Shown piece after piece: positions 1-9,086 of a stretch of 64,000 nucleotides of DNA. Where the stretch lies: assembly GCA_965215265.1 (NCBI GenBank), contig OZ244048.1, positions 352,001 through 416,000 on the forward strand, read 5' to 3'. Within the stretch, counting starts at the first letter, position 1. The number at the start of each line of letters is the position of its first letter. Position numbers and translations under genes: made by a program. This stretch comes from Candidatus Poribacteria bacterium. GTDB taxonomy: Bacteria; Poribacteria; WGA-4E; WGA-3G. The notes beneath the pieces were generated by a model. It was not told where the DNA came from, did not search any database, and saw only the letters and a program-made list of their open reading frames with translations.

Positions 1-1
1 C

Positions 2-397
2 ATCTATCTTCAAACCGTTGGACGTTTTATTCTCAATAATCAGGATAGCGATCATATGTTAGGGGCTGGGGTTTCTTACGCCATCTTTCAGCACGAAAAT
101 AGATTTGGCATATCGCGGCTTTATTTTACCTTACAGGGAGGCTGGCGAGATAAGAGACAGGAGGAGTACTACTTCCAGAAGGAGGACGACTTTCATAAGG
201 AAATCCAGACTACGACACAGACTACGACACTCGGAGCTGGGCTCGCTTTTGGCGGAGAATTGGTGGTTTCCCTGATGGGGATTCCGCTCGGACTCAACAT
301 GGAAATAGGACAAGGGGTTGGCAGAGAAACAGAGGGTTCGCAATCCAAAGGGATTGCTGGGATTTATGTAGGAGGCGGCGTACATGCCTATTTCTAA
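2..397 (+). CDS. Putative outer-membrane beta-barrel protein, 5'-partial
   Basis: Frame is open from position 2. Gly/aromatic-rich alternating strands and a C-terminal Phe (GGGVHAYF). Confidence 0.55.
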   Translation: MYLQTVGRFILNNQDSDHMLGAGVSYAIFQHENRFGISRLYFTLQGGWRDKRQEEYYFQKEDDFHKEIQTTTQTTTLGAGLAFGGELVVSLMGIPLGLNMEIGQGVGRETEGSQSKGIAGIYVGGGVHAYF

Positions 398-1949
398 ATT
401 TCTCTTTCACCGCTTGTTCTTCATACTGCTTTTTTGTATCTACTTCTCCGGATGCTCAGCACTATTTGACGAAGAAGTCAAACCGATGATACCTACTTCC
501 AGCGAATTCACTTTTGAGCGCTACGAAGTCATCACCGGCTTGACGAAACGTCAGACTGTGTTGAGCGGATTCTTGCTGAGCGGTGCTATGGCGGAGCTTG
601 CCGTACTCAACGACGACCGGCGCTTGCACATCTACACGTTTGAGAATAGAAGATGGGTTCCCAAGATTGACTTAATTCTACGTCCGGGTGTGTTGTTCGT
701 CGACGTTGTCAACATCGGTGGACAGGACTGCTTGATTACCTATGAAGAGGGTTCTCTCAACTGTTTCGATTCGGAATTAGCATCGGAACGCGTGCTGCTA
801 ACGGTTACGGCTATTAAACCGCCTCACAGTGGCGAGATTCCTCATGTTGACATCACCAGAGACGTAAACCACGATGGCATCGATGATCTGGTGGTGCCGG
901 ATGTCGATGGTTTCCAAGTATTCATCCAAAAGCATGATGGCACTTTCGCCGAACCTATAAAACTTGGCACCGCACCCGAATTCGACGAACACTACGAAGC
1001 CGGTGGCTATCGATACACCCCTTGGAATCAGAGCCGCATCCACGAGATTGACTACAACCGCGATGGACGGAGCGACTTGGTATTCTGGAACGAAGATCAC
1101 TTCGTGGCTCATCTCCAAGATGAGCAGGGGCTATTTGTACCGGAGCCAAAGACCTTCACGACTGATGTTGTTTTTGATTCGAACGAGCTCGCCTCACTCG
1201 CCGCACCGAAAGGCGTACGCAGTCGACGTAAGGATAACATGCCGACCGGCGCGATGACAGGAAGGGTACTGCACTCATTAGCCGACTTAAACGGCGATAA
1301 CATCGCCGACCTCTCCGTTTTCTCACTAAAAGGGGGCGGGCTGTGGAACATGCACTCCACCTACGAGGTGCATTTCGGAATCCCCACACCTGATGGCGGC
1401 ACCGTGTTCTCTCCCGAAATCGCCACCACGATTGAATCGGATGGTATTCCGTTCGGGGTAGAGCAGCACGACTTTGACCAGGACGGCCAGGTCGATATGA
1501 TGTTCACAACCATTAACCCAGGCGTTTTTAAGGCCATCGGCATGCTCGTCAGTTCGATTCTGACGCGTTCTGTGTTACTGGACCTTCACTGCTATTATAT
1601 GGAAAACGGTAGCTATTCCAATAAAGCCAACACTATCCGCAAAATTAAATCGCAAACCCCTGATGAGACAATGGAAAAAACTTTGTTCCCAGCCGTACTG
1701 CTCGGAAATGTGAACGGTGATAAATACACAGACCTGGTGATGGGATGGGGACGAAAAGAGCTTCACGTCTTTCCTGGCGTGCCGGGACCTGACGTGTTCG
1801 CTCGGAAGCCCAAGAAGATAGCCGTCGCTATGCCCAATGAGGAATACACTTGGCTGGTGGACCTCAACAAGGATGGCAAACAGGACATCCTCCTCCACCA
1901 TCTTTCTACCACCGAACCCCACCGGGTGACAATATTAATCGCCCAATGA
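384..1949 (+). CDS. FG-GAP/VCBS-repeat lipoprotein
   Basis: Lipobox-like FSGC and repeated Ca-binding motifs DVNHDGIDDL, DYNRDGRSDL, DLNGDNIADL, DFDQDGQVD, DLNKDGKQD. Confidence 0.85.
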   Translation: MPISKFLFHRLFFILLFCIYFSGCSALFDEEVKPMIPTSSEFTFERYEVITGLTKRQTVLSGFLLSGAMAELAVLNDDRRLHIYTFENRRWVPKIDLILRPGVLFVDVVNIGGQDCLITYEEGSLNCFDSELASERVLLTVTAIKPPHSGEIPHVDITRDVNHDGIDDLVVPDVDGFQVFIQKHDGTFAEPIKLGTAPEFDEHYEAGGYRYTPWNQSRIHEIDYNRDGRSDLVFWNEDHFVAHLQDEQGLFVPEPKTFTTDVVFDSNELASLAAPKGVRSRRKDNMPTGAMTGRVLHSLADLNGDNIADLSVFSLKGGGLWNMHSTYEVHFGIPTPDGGTVFSPEIATTIESDGIPFGVEQHDFDQDGQVDMMFTTINPGVFKAIGMLVSSILTRSVLLDLHCYYMENGSYSNKANTIRKIKSQTPDETMEKTLFPAVLLGNVNGDKYTDLVMGWGRKELHVFPGVPGPDVFARKPKKIAVAMPNEEYTWLVDLNKDGKQDILLHHLSTTEPHRVTILIAQ

Positions 1950-2047
1950 ACAAAATCCGTGGGTTTATCAAATGCTACCACCCAAAACTTCCTATTTCAA
2001 TTGACGTATATTCAGATCTGTTATATCAGACGCTTACGGAGTTAACC

Positions 2048-2905
2048 ATGAACACAACATCAACGCCCGAAGCCAGGCGTTTCGCGCTAAGTCCCGACGA
2101 ACTCTCATACTGGAACGAAAACGGTTACATCGTCCGATTGGACGTATTTACCGCTGAAGAAAATGCAGCACTCCGCCAAGTCGCTGAAGACATTGTAGAT
2201 AGGAAACGGCCGTTTCCGGCCGCGCATATAGATCAGAATGCACTTGTGAGAGACGGAAAAGTGGAGCAGTCAGGTATCTATGCGATGCATAAAATCCACC
2301 ATCCGAGTTGTTACTGTCCAGAATTTCTCGAGCGAGTACGCGATGCCCGTCTAACAGATCCGGTCGTTGACATGCTCGGCCCTAATATTCTCGGCATCAA
2401 CAATCTCTTTATCTGGAAAGCACCCAAAATAGGCCTCGGCTTTCCATGGCACCAAGACAAATTCTACTTCCGCACTCGGTTTAAGACCGAAACGACCATC
2501 GGGACCTGGACTGCTATTGACGCGGCAGATCGGGAGAACGGCTGCCTCTATGTTATCCCCGGCAGCCACACGGGCGATATTTTTCAGCACGACGAACTTG
2601 AAGGCTCACAACAAGGTGAGTTCAAGCTCGCACGCGGGGTGCGCGATGAAGACGGTGTCGCTATAGAAGTACCACCCGGCGCAGTTATTTGGTTCCACAG
2701 CCACCTTTTGCATAAGAGTACAGACAATCACAGCCTCCGCTTCCGTCGAAGTTACGTCTCCCATTACCTCAGCGCTCACGCCGAATGGTCATCGCCTAAG
2801 CCGGCCGGTAGAGGGCAACCTATTATGTGGATTCGTGGTGAGACCTTCTCTGGCAAGGTTCGCGAAGTTGAACGTGACATAGTGCCTGTTTCGGAATCAG
2901 GTTGA
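2048..2905 (+). CDS. Phytanoyl-CoA dioxygenase (PhyH) family Fe(II)/2OG dioxygenase
   Basis: WNENGY, PWHQD, ENGCLYVIPGSH, LLHKS...RRS motifs. Start moved to ATG 2048 after a GGAG RBS. Confidence 0.9.
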   Translation: MNTTSTPEARRFALSPDELSYWNENGYIVRLDVFTAEENAALRQVAEDIVDRKRPFPAAHIDQNALVRDGKVEQSGIYAMHKIHHPSCYCPEFLERVRDARLTDPVVDMLGPNILGINNLFIWKAPKIGLGFPWHQDKFYFRTRFKTETTIGTWTAIDAADRENGCLYVIPGSHTGDIFQHDELEGSQQGEFKLARGVRDEDGVAIEVPPGAVIWFHSHLLHKSTDNHSLRFRRSYVSHYLSAHAEWSSPKPAGRGQPIMWIRGETFSGKVREVERDIVPVSESG

Positions 2906-2944
2906 TATGTAAACTCAAACAGATAGCGCAATGGAGAATCAAGA

Positions 2945-3763
2945 ATGGAGAACATGATATCCACTGTTAGAGAATTGCTTATCGTGATTTTGATAGTGCT
3001 AATAGGCTTGTTGTGTAGTTCCGACCTCGCTATAGCAGATGTATTAGAGGATGCACTTGTTGCTGCGTGGTTTTTTGACGAGGACCAAGGCAATAAAGCG
3101 AGTGATGCCTCTGGGAACGGGCATACCGGTGATATTCAGGGTGCGAAATGGGTCCAAGGAAAAAGAGGTAGCGCTTTGGAATTCAACGGTGCAGGCAATA
3201 TCGTGGAAATTCCACATCAGGATACATTTAACCTCCTCACTTACACAGTATCCGCTTGGATCAGAACGCAGCCCAACGGCAAATGGCAAACGGTGCTCGG
3301 GAAGGAACCTATTGCTGGGAATCCACGGAATTATGGTGTCTTCATTGCCGGGGATACAAAATTGCTGGGTGTTAATTATACCACAGGAGGTCAGTGGAAG
3401 ACTGCCTTTAGCAAGACGATCGCGGCAGATGGTAAATGGCATCACGTTGCCGCTACCTATGATGGAAAGATGCTTCGGGCATATATGGACGGCAATATGG
3501 AGGGTGAAACCGCCACGAATATCCCGCCAGACCATAACACTGAACCAGTCAGAATTGGACGCTGGGGAGCACCGAGAGGTGACTTCATGGAAGGTATTAT
3601 TGATGACGTTGCCATTTTCAGTGAGGCACTGACTGCTAATGAAATCCGCGATATTACCATGAATCTATCAGACGCGTTAGCGGTTGAGGCATCCGGGAAA
3701 CTGACGATAAAATGGGGAATGATAAAGCAGCACTTCAAGGTATCCCCTGATAAAAGTCTTTGA
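2945..3763 (+). CDS. Secreted LamG/concanavalin-like jelly-roll protein with conserved C-terminal tail
   Basis: Signal peptide; LVAAWFFDE, KWHHVAATYDG, GIIDDVAIFSEAL; tail AVEASGKLTIKWGMIK. Confidence 0.88.
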   Translation: MENMISTVRELLIVILIVLIGLLCSSDLAIADVLEDALVAAWFFDEDQGNKASDASGNGHTGDIQGAKWVQGKRGSALEFNGAGNIVEIPHQDTFNLLTYTVSAWIRTQPNGKWQTVLGKEPIAGNPRNYGVFIAGDTKLLGVNYTTGGQWKTAFSKTIAADGKWHHVAATYDGKMLRAYMDGNMEGETATNIPPDHNTEPVRIGRWGAPRGDFMEGIIDDVAIFSEALTANEIRDITMNLSDALAVEASGKLTIKWGMIKQHFKVSPDKSL

Positions 3764-3819
3764 AAACCCATCGTGTCTTTTTCGGTGTTGCAGGACGGAA
3801 CCAAACCGCCCTCGGCGGA

Positions 3820-4045
3820 TTCTGAAGCTTCAAATGCCATCAAGGCTTGCAGGAACGCTTCAAAACTGGGTATCTCAACGGTGCTGAGATGCAGCTGCTT
3901 GAGCCGCGCCAGCTCCGGTATCGCTTCAAGGCGCGGTAGGATCGTCTGCACGTCGCTCTGTGGGAACCGTGCGGTGAGCACCGTGATGACGTTTTCTATC
4001 GCAGTCCGGCGTGCACCTTGTTCTATCCCTTGCTCAATCCCAAAT
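3820..4045 (-). pseudogene. C-terminal fragment of an Rpn/YhgA-like (PD-(D/E)XK transposase-like) protein
   Basis: GIEQGIEQGARRTAIENVITVLTARF...LARLKQL...FEAFLQAL is the typical C-terminal region. The nuclease domain is absent and the frame runs on antisense into the LamG gene. Confidence 0.65.
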
Positions 4046-4175
4046 TGAAGAAAAGGGCACACCTCGCCCACTCATAAAATAAATTATCTTGAAAAATATC
4101 CGAAACTGTAGTAAACTTAATAACGAACTGTTAGGTTGTATTATTATCTGGTTGCTACAAGGAGACTTAATACAG

Positions 4176-5465
4176 ATGAAACGCTTCTTGAAAAAAAGAA
4201 AAGCCGCTTTCGTTCACATTAACATCTTGTTTCTATTATTGTTGGGATTTAGCCTGTGCGTTGTTTTAGGCGTTACCTCCGCTAGTGAGTTAACCTCCGG
4301 AGAATCGTCCTCTGCTGGGAAACGCATCGCCGTGCTCTATTTCGAGGACTCCACTCAATTCGATTCCTCCACCGGCTGTGGCTGTGTGCCGAACTTCATC
4401 GGGCAAATCTTCGGTACCAAGAAACGGTGGGATTTGGAGGCCGGATTCGCCAAGATACTCAGCCGAAAATTAGTTGAAACAAGCGTGTATAAACCCCTAA
4501 GTAGAGATGAGCTGCTTGATGCTATGGCACAGATGACGCTTTCTCGAGACAACTTAAAAAAACTGGATAAAGCACAGCGGGCAGAGTTCGCAAAATTGCT
4601 CAACGCAGATGTCCTTGTTACCGGGGATATCCGTAGGTTTAACCAGGAACGTCTAAAAACAAACGCCTCCCGCACGCTAAGAGAAGGCGGACGGGATAAC
4701 CGATCTTCCGCCAGCTTCATTGCACCCATCCAGGTGCTGGGTTACCTACACCGTGCAACAGTGAAATTGGACATGAAGTTTTATAACCCTGCCGGTGACA
4801 TCATCGCAGCACCGAACATTGCCGCAAGCCGCGACCATTCCCTCGCCGGCACAAGAGTTGCCTCCCTGCAAGCTAGTGTAACTGAGGACGGAACAAATCT
4901 CTCCTTTGGGCAGACAACAGCAAAGCAGCGGAAAAACCAAAAACCGATTGTCAGACCCACTGAACTCAACCGAATTCAGTTTGCAAGTACTGAATACGAC
5001 AGAACGCTGCTCGGCGTGGTAACCAACGAGGCTTTGATTAAGGTAGTGATGGCACTGCGAGATAACGTCGGCCCGAACTTCATTACCCCATGGGAAACAC
5101 AACCTGCAACCGACAAAAAGGAAACGAATTCAGCCGAAAGAGACTCGGATGAGCCCATCAAAGGGAAAATTCAATATGTCGATAGCGAAGATTTGGACAA
5201 AATCTATGTCAGCATCGGTGCTGCTAAAGGTATCGCGATTAACCAACAGTTCGCTGTCTACACACAAGGGAAACCGATACGAGATATAGACACGGGTGAA
5301 ATCTTGACATATATGCCGCGCAAAATCGCTACCGTCGCTGTTGCTGAAATTCTGAATAATAAAATTTCGATTTTCCGTCTCGTTGAAGGTGAAGATACGC
5401 TTAAAATAGGTGATGTCGTTCGTGAAATCACACCCGAGGATGCGGAGAAAAGCGAAGAAAAATAA
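4176..5465 (+). CDS. CsgG/TolB-N-like exported protein with FlgT-like C-terminal beta domain
   Basis: KRIAVLYFED...ADVLVTGDIRRF N-domain and IYVSIGAAKGIAINQQFAVY...DIDTGEIL C-domain. RBS AAGGAG before ATG 4176. Confidence 0.65.
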   Translation: MKRFLKKRKAAFVHINILFLLLLGFSLCVVLGVTSASELTSGESSSAGKRIAVLYFEDSTQFDSSTGCGCVPNFIGQIFGTKKRWDLEAGFAKILSRKLVETSVYKPLSRDELLDAMAQMTLSRDNLKKLDKAQRAEFAKLLNADVLVTGDIRRFNQERLKTNASRTLREGGRDNRSSASFIAPIQVLGYLHRATVKLDMKFYNPAGDIIAAPNIAASRDHSLAGTRVASLQASVTEDGTNLSFGQTTAKQRKNQKPIVRPTELNRIQFASTEYDRTLLGVVTNEALIKVVMALRDNVGPNFITPWETQPATDKKETNSAERDSDEPIKGKIQYVDSEDLDKIYVSIGAAKGIAINQQFAVYTQGKPIRDIDTGEILTYMPRKIATVAVAEILNNKISIFRLVEGEDTLKIGDVVREITPEDAEKSEEK

Positions 5466-5475
5466 GGAGTTTGAC

Positions 5476-6564
5476 ATGAACCGTCTGAATTTCAAGCCGT
5501 TGCCCTGCTTCTTGTTCCTTATCAGTTTGACATGGATCATCACAAACGGATTGTTCTGCACTGGATGCGAAGATCCGGGTGCCAGAAAAAAAGGTGAACA
5601 GAACGCTACCACCGAGAGCCAGAAAATTAAAATCGGTTTATCCATGGATTCCTTGCGCGTCGAACGTTGGCAGAAGGACCGGGATATCTTCAAAGCCGAG
5701 GCAGAGAAACTGGGCGCAGAAGTTATCGTGCAGTCTGCTGATGGCGACGAACGTCGACAAAACGAGCAAGCCGAGAATATGATTACGCAGGGCGTGGATG
5801 TGCTTGTCGTCATTCCGAAAGATAGTGTCGCCGCTGCACAGATTGTACAAGCCGCGCACGCTGAAGACATCAAAGTCATCGCTTACGATCGGTTAATTCG
5901 CGAGAGCGAACCGGATCTTTACATCTCTTTTGATAACGAACAGGTCGGGTACCTACAAGCAGAATACCTGCTTCGTCAAAAACCGGCGGGGAATTACTTC
6001 CTACTGGGTGGCGCGCCGACTGATAACAATGCACAACTGCTTCGGAAAGGTCAGCTTCGCGCCCTGCAAACGGCTATTGATGCCGGGGATATTCGCTTAG
6101 TCGCTGGCGGAAAACATTGGGCCGTCAATTGGGACCCGCGCGACGCACTGAAGAAAACAGAACAGGTTCTCACACAGACGAATAACCGAATAGATGCCGT
6201 GGTTGCTTCTAACGACGGCACCGCCGGTGGAGCGATTCAGGCACTTGAAGGGCAAAACTTAGCAGGGAAAGTGCTTGTCTCCGGACAGGATGCCGAACTT
6301 GCCGCCTGCCAGCGAATTGTCAAAGGCACGCAAACCATGACGGTTTACAAACCGATTCATCTCATCGCAACGAAAGCCGCACAGGCCGCCGTCACCCTTG
6401 CCAAAGGGGAACCCATCGCCCAAACTACACAAATCGTTAACAACGGTAAAATTGATGTCCCCTCCATCTTGCTGAACCCGATTCAAATCGATAGTGCGAA
6501 CCTCGACGAGGTTGTCATCAAAGATGGATTCCATCCCGTCGAGGCTGTCTATCAGACACAGTAG
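5476..6564 (+). CDS. xylF: D-xylose-type ABC transporter substrate-binding protein
   Basis: KIGLSMDSLRVERWQKDRD, GAPTDNNA, ASNDGTAGG, SGQDA, QTMTVYKPI. Confidence 0.85.
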   Translation: MNRLNFKPLPCFLFLISLTWIITNGLFCTGCEDPGARKKGEQNATTESQKIKIGLSMDSLRVERWQKDRDIFKAEAEKLGAEVIVQSADGDERRQNEQAENMITQGVDVLVVIPKDSVAAAQIVQAAHAEDIKVIAYDRLIRESEPDLYISFDNEQVGYLQAEYLLRQKPAGNYFLLGGAPTDNNAQLLRKGQLRALQTAIDAGDIRLVAGGKHWAVNWDPRDALKKTEQVLTQTNNRIDAVVASNDGTAGGAIQALEGQNLAGKVLVSGQDAELAACQRIVKGTQTMTVYKPIHLIATKAAQAAVTLAKGEPIAQTTQIVNNGKIDVPSILLNPIQIDSANLDEVVIKDGFHPVEAVYQTQ

Positions 6565-6613
6565 CCGCAGCAAAGGTTATTTCACATCTCTTTTTAGAGA
6601 CATAGGAGAAAAA

Positions 6614-6802
6614 ATGTCAAACCAAACCCAATCGTCCACGTTAGAACAACTTTGCAAGAAAATTGAAACCTCGGATACGAGCCGACATCTCGCCCGCGCC
6701 GCACGAGAGATTCTCCTTGCGATGCAATCCACTGTGGATGCTATTATCGAAACCAAAACACGCAGAACGGAAACAGAGGTAGAGAAAGTTACAATCGAGT
6801 AA
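6614..6802 (+). CDS. Small hypothetical protein (62 aa)
   Basis: AGGAG RBS before ATG 6614; helical composition. Confidence 0.55.
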   Translation: MSNQTQSSTLEQLCKKIETSDTSRHLARAAREILLAMQSTVDAIIETKTRRTETEVEKVTIE

Positions 6803-6887
6803 TTTTCCATACAAGTCCGGCGTGAGTCCAACCAAACCCAAGGTGTGATGCGAATAGAAATAGAAACAGAACGCTAGTATAGATAAA

Positions 6888-8075
6888 ATGCCTATCTTTC
6901 TTTTAGGAATAGACACAAGAGATATCCAAACCGGCGACCGGATCGACTGGATGTGGCATTCTGGTGCATATCAGAACCTGATTGTTATCGCCCTTATCCT
7001 TACAGGCGCATGGCTAATTCGCTACGTTTCACAGAGAGAGTATTGGCGTAACGCGGCGAGACAAATTCGCCACAACCGTCTCGCGCTCGTATGCCTCGGT
7101 ATCCTCGTCTGCTACCTGCTCATTGGCGTATTGGATAGCATCGCTTGGCGGGACCCGCTCATAAAGCGCGGATCCTCGAACGGTGTAACAACGTTAACCC
7201 GGAATGAAAGGGGGCAGGTTGTTTATAAACCACACGGCTTGAGTCTCCTCGATAGACTCTGTACACCGCTGCGCGAAAAAACCGAAAAGACCTATTCCGC
7301 GCCGTTAGCCACACAGCTCTACGCGAAGAGCACTATCCAGACCCCAGATGGACAGACAATTCGGGAATACCCACCGCTTAACCACCCGCGCACGCATCTT
7401 TTCGGCACTGACAAAGTCGGAAACGATGTCCTCTATCGTGCACTGAAAGGCATCCGCACCGGACTCATTATAGGCGGATTCACAACCCTCATCATCGTGC
7501 CGTTTGCGATCTTCTTCGGTGTCGTGGCAGGGTACTTTGGCGGCTGGGTAGACGATGCGGTGCAATATCTCTATTCTACACTCGCCTCAATCCCGAGTAT
7601 CTTGCTCATTGTCTCCTTCATGCTGTTATTCGGCCAAGGACTCTTCAACCTCTGCCTGATTATGGGCATTAGCAGTTGGACAGGACTGTGCCGTGTGCTA
7701 CGCGGTGAGACCTTAAAACTTCGGGAACAAGAATATATCCAAGCCGCGGAGGCGTTCGGGGTCAACCGCGTCGCGATTATCCTCAAACATTTAATTCCGA
7801 ACCTTATGCACATCGTCCTGATCTTCGCCATCTTGCGGTTTAGCGGCTTGGTATTGACAGAGGCGTTGCTGAGTTATCTGCAAATCGGAGTGGAACCGAC
7901 AACCGGGAGCTGGGGCAATATGATTAACACCGCACGCTTGGAGTTGGCACGCGACCCGATTGTTTGGTGGAATCTAACGGCGGCATTCGTCTTCATGTTT
8001 GGCTTAGTCCTGCCCGCAAACTTGTTCGGGGATGCCGTTCGCGATGCCTTGGATCCGAGGCTAAGGACAGAGTAA
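6888..8075 (+). CDS. Peptide/nickel ABC transporter permease (OppC/DppC family)
   Basis: HLFGTDKVGNDV, EAA-loop region EYIQAAEAFG, NLFGDAVRDALDPR. Confidence 0.9.
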   Translation: MPIFLLGIDTRDIQTGDRIDWMWHSGAYQNLIVIALILTGAWLIRYVSQREYWRNAARQIRHNRLALVCLGILVCYLLIGVLDSIAWRDPLIKRGSSNGVTTLTRNERGQVVYKPHGLSLLDRLCTPLREKTEKTYSAPLATQLYAKSTIQTPDGQTIREYPPLNHPRTHLFGTDKVGNDVLYRALKGIRTGLIIGGFTTLIIVPFAIFFGVVAGYFGGWVDDAVQYLYSTLASIPSILLIVSFMLLFGQGLFNLCLIMGISSWTGLCRVLRGETLKLREQEYIQAAEAFGVNRVAIILKHLIPNLMHIVLIFAILRFSGLVLTEALLSYLQIGVEPTTGSWGNMINTARLELARDPIVWWNLTAAFVFMFGLVLPANLFGDAVRDALDPRLRTE

Positions 8076-8217
8076 CCCTTTATTAACAACCTTATTAATA
8101 ACGTAAAAACGAACAATGAACCATCTGGCCCATTGTTCGTTTCGTACTGTGTTGTCTATGTCGGAGTGTTTCAGACTGTCTGTCGGGCGAGTACCCGAGC
8201 ACGATATCCTGAAAAAA

Positions 8218-8679
8218 TTAGTCTTTTTCAAATTCCCTGAGGAATCCTATAAATTCCCTCCGATGTTTTTCTTCATCGGCAAGGAGTTTGATGCAAAGAT
8301 CTTGTGTAACGTAGTCAATCCCATCGCTCAGTCGAATAATCTTGTTGTACTGGTCAATCGCAAGGTTTTCTGCCTCAATGACACCTTGGATAGTTGTCAC
8401 AAGATCTGTGGGGTCTTCAGGTGGTTGCAGCGATACTTGTTCTGCCTTAAAGGCTAACGAACCTGGGACACGTCCACCGAGTTCCTTGACGCGATTTGCA
8501 AGTTCCTGAGCATGTGTTAATTCAACTTGGATATCTGTTGCTAGTGACTTTTTAATCTCTTCCGCCCGGATACCATCCAAATCTACAGAAATCGCCAGAT
8601 AGTTAATTGTAGCCTCAACTTCCAGCCAATAGGCGGAGGTAAGTTCAGTGATAATTTCTTCTCTTTTTGCTGAATTCAT
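8218..8679 (-). CDS. Ferritin-like diiron protein (bacterioferritin/Dps-like)
   Basis: E...ExxH...E...ExxH pattern (EVEA, ELTH, EAE, EEKH). AGGAG RBS. Confidence 0.85.
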   Translation of the reverse strand: MNSAKREEIITELTSAYWLEVEATINYLAISVDLDGIRAEEIKKSLATDIQVELTHAQELANRVKELGGRVPGSLAFKAEQVSLQPPEDPTDLVTTIQGVIEAENLAIDQYNKIIRLSDGIDYVTQDLCIKLLADEEKHRREFIGFLREFEKD

Positions 8680-8690
8680 TATATATCTCC

Positions 8691-8770
8691 TATGATAACA
8701 TTTAAGATTGAATTGTCCACTGTTTTATGATAGCATATTTAAGGTTGAATTGTCCACTGTTTTATGTTAG
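8691..8770. repeat. Imperfect tandem duplication (35 and 37 bp units) of a promoter-like unit upstream of the ferritin-like gene
   Basis: Identical 22-bp core TTGAATTGTCCACTGTTTTATG at 8708-8729 and 8745-8766. Confidence 0.9.
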
Positions 8771-9086
8771 TCAATAGTATATCACAAATTATAACCAATT
8801 TCAAAGTTTTTCTTTTTAATTTCATACCGAGAACCATTTAGTTATCTGTTAATAACAGACTCTAAATCACAAGACTCTCCGGTGGGATAGATCTCTAAAT
8901 CGCGACCTCCTTGGCAAATCTGAGAAAATGCGGTTTCTAAATCTGAAAATAAGTCGCCATTTTGGTGGACAAACTTGCAAAGACACCTTGCCTCGGAAGA
9001 CGAGACGGGAACTCTCGCCGGGCACAATGTCTAAATAATTGTAAAATCTACTATAATCAAAACCCTCAAATAGGCGGCTAAATTTT

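Noticed and set aside
3457-3819. 204-aa minus-strand ORF as a real full-length gene
   Set aside because: Its distal part is antisense to the LamG gene; only the Rpn-like portion looks protein-like.
8691-8770. Possible mini CRISPR array
   Set aside because: Only two abutting units whose intervening sequences are themselves similar; no unique spacers and no cas genes.
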